The translations under genes and the position numbers were made by a program. A DNA stretch of 64,000 nt from Ginglymostoma cirratum. Its lineage: Eukaryota. The stretch's first letter is position 1, and every line of letters starts with the position of its first letter. The notes under the pieces were generated by a model. That model did not search any database. It worked only from the letters and a program-made list of their open reading frames with translations, and was not told the origin of the DNA. Positions 63,969 through 64,000 of this stretch are shown in pieces. Location: positions 2,725,880-2,789,879 of the forward strand of contig JAHRHZ010000066.1 in assembly GCA_024137785.1 (NCBI GenBank), written 5' to 3'.

Positions 63969-64000
63969 GTCCTGTGTTGTAGTATCAACCACTAGTGGTT

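Noticed and set aside
18496-64000. Search for AUTS2 exon 6 (ASDASSEKLF-like)
   Set aside because: No convincing match by eye; it is probably beyond the window, though a short exon could have been missed.

Overview
Eukaryotic, intron-rich vertebrate DNA. The repeat content (HE1/V-SINEs, HER1/CR1 LINEs, Deu-domain SINEs, shark-type Penelope elements) indicates a cartilaginous fish, probably a shark. The whole window appears to lie inside one minus-strand gene, AUTS2. Four exons matching human exons 7-10 can be read with canonical, phase-consistent splice sites (18495-17814, 16947-16694, 8851-8637, 4140-4096). I did not find the upstream exon 6 or the downstream exon 11, so both probably lie outside the window. 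The rest is intron, with decayed CR1, L2, RTE, Penelope and Harbinger elements and SINEs. Most notable observations: (1) dense candidate alternative splicing around the PY/HX module, namely a clean 21-nt microexon, a 21-nt alternative donor, a (CAG)4 tandem acceptor, a possible poison exon, a chain of phase-compatible cassette exons and an AG|GT ratchet-like site; (2) Penelope-like insertions with target-site duplications and twin-priming-like inversions, one forming a 77-bp hairpin, several carrying minimal hammerhead-ribozyme cores; (3) a CpG-rich candidate internal promoter/first exon near 54-55 kb. No prokaryotic features or CRISPR arrays were seen. Repeat boundaries are approximate, and exon numbering and human comparisons are from memory of human AUTS2.
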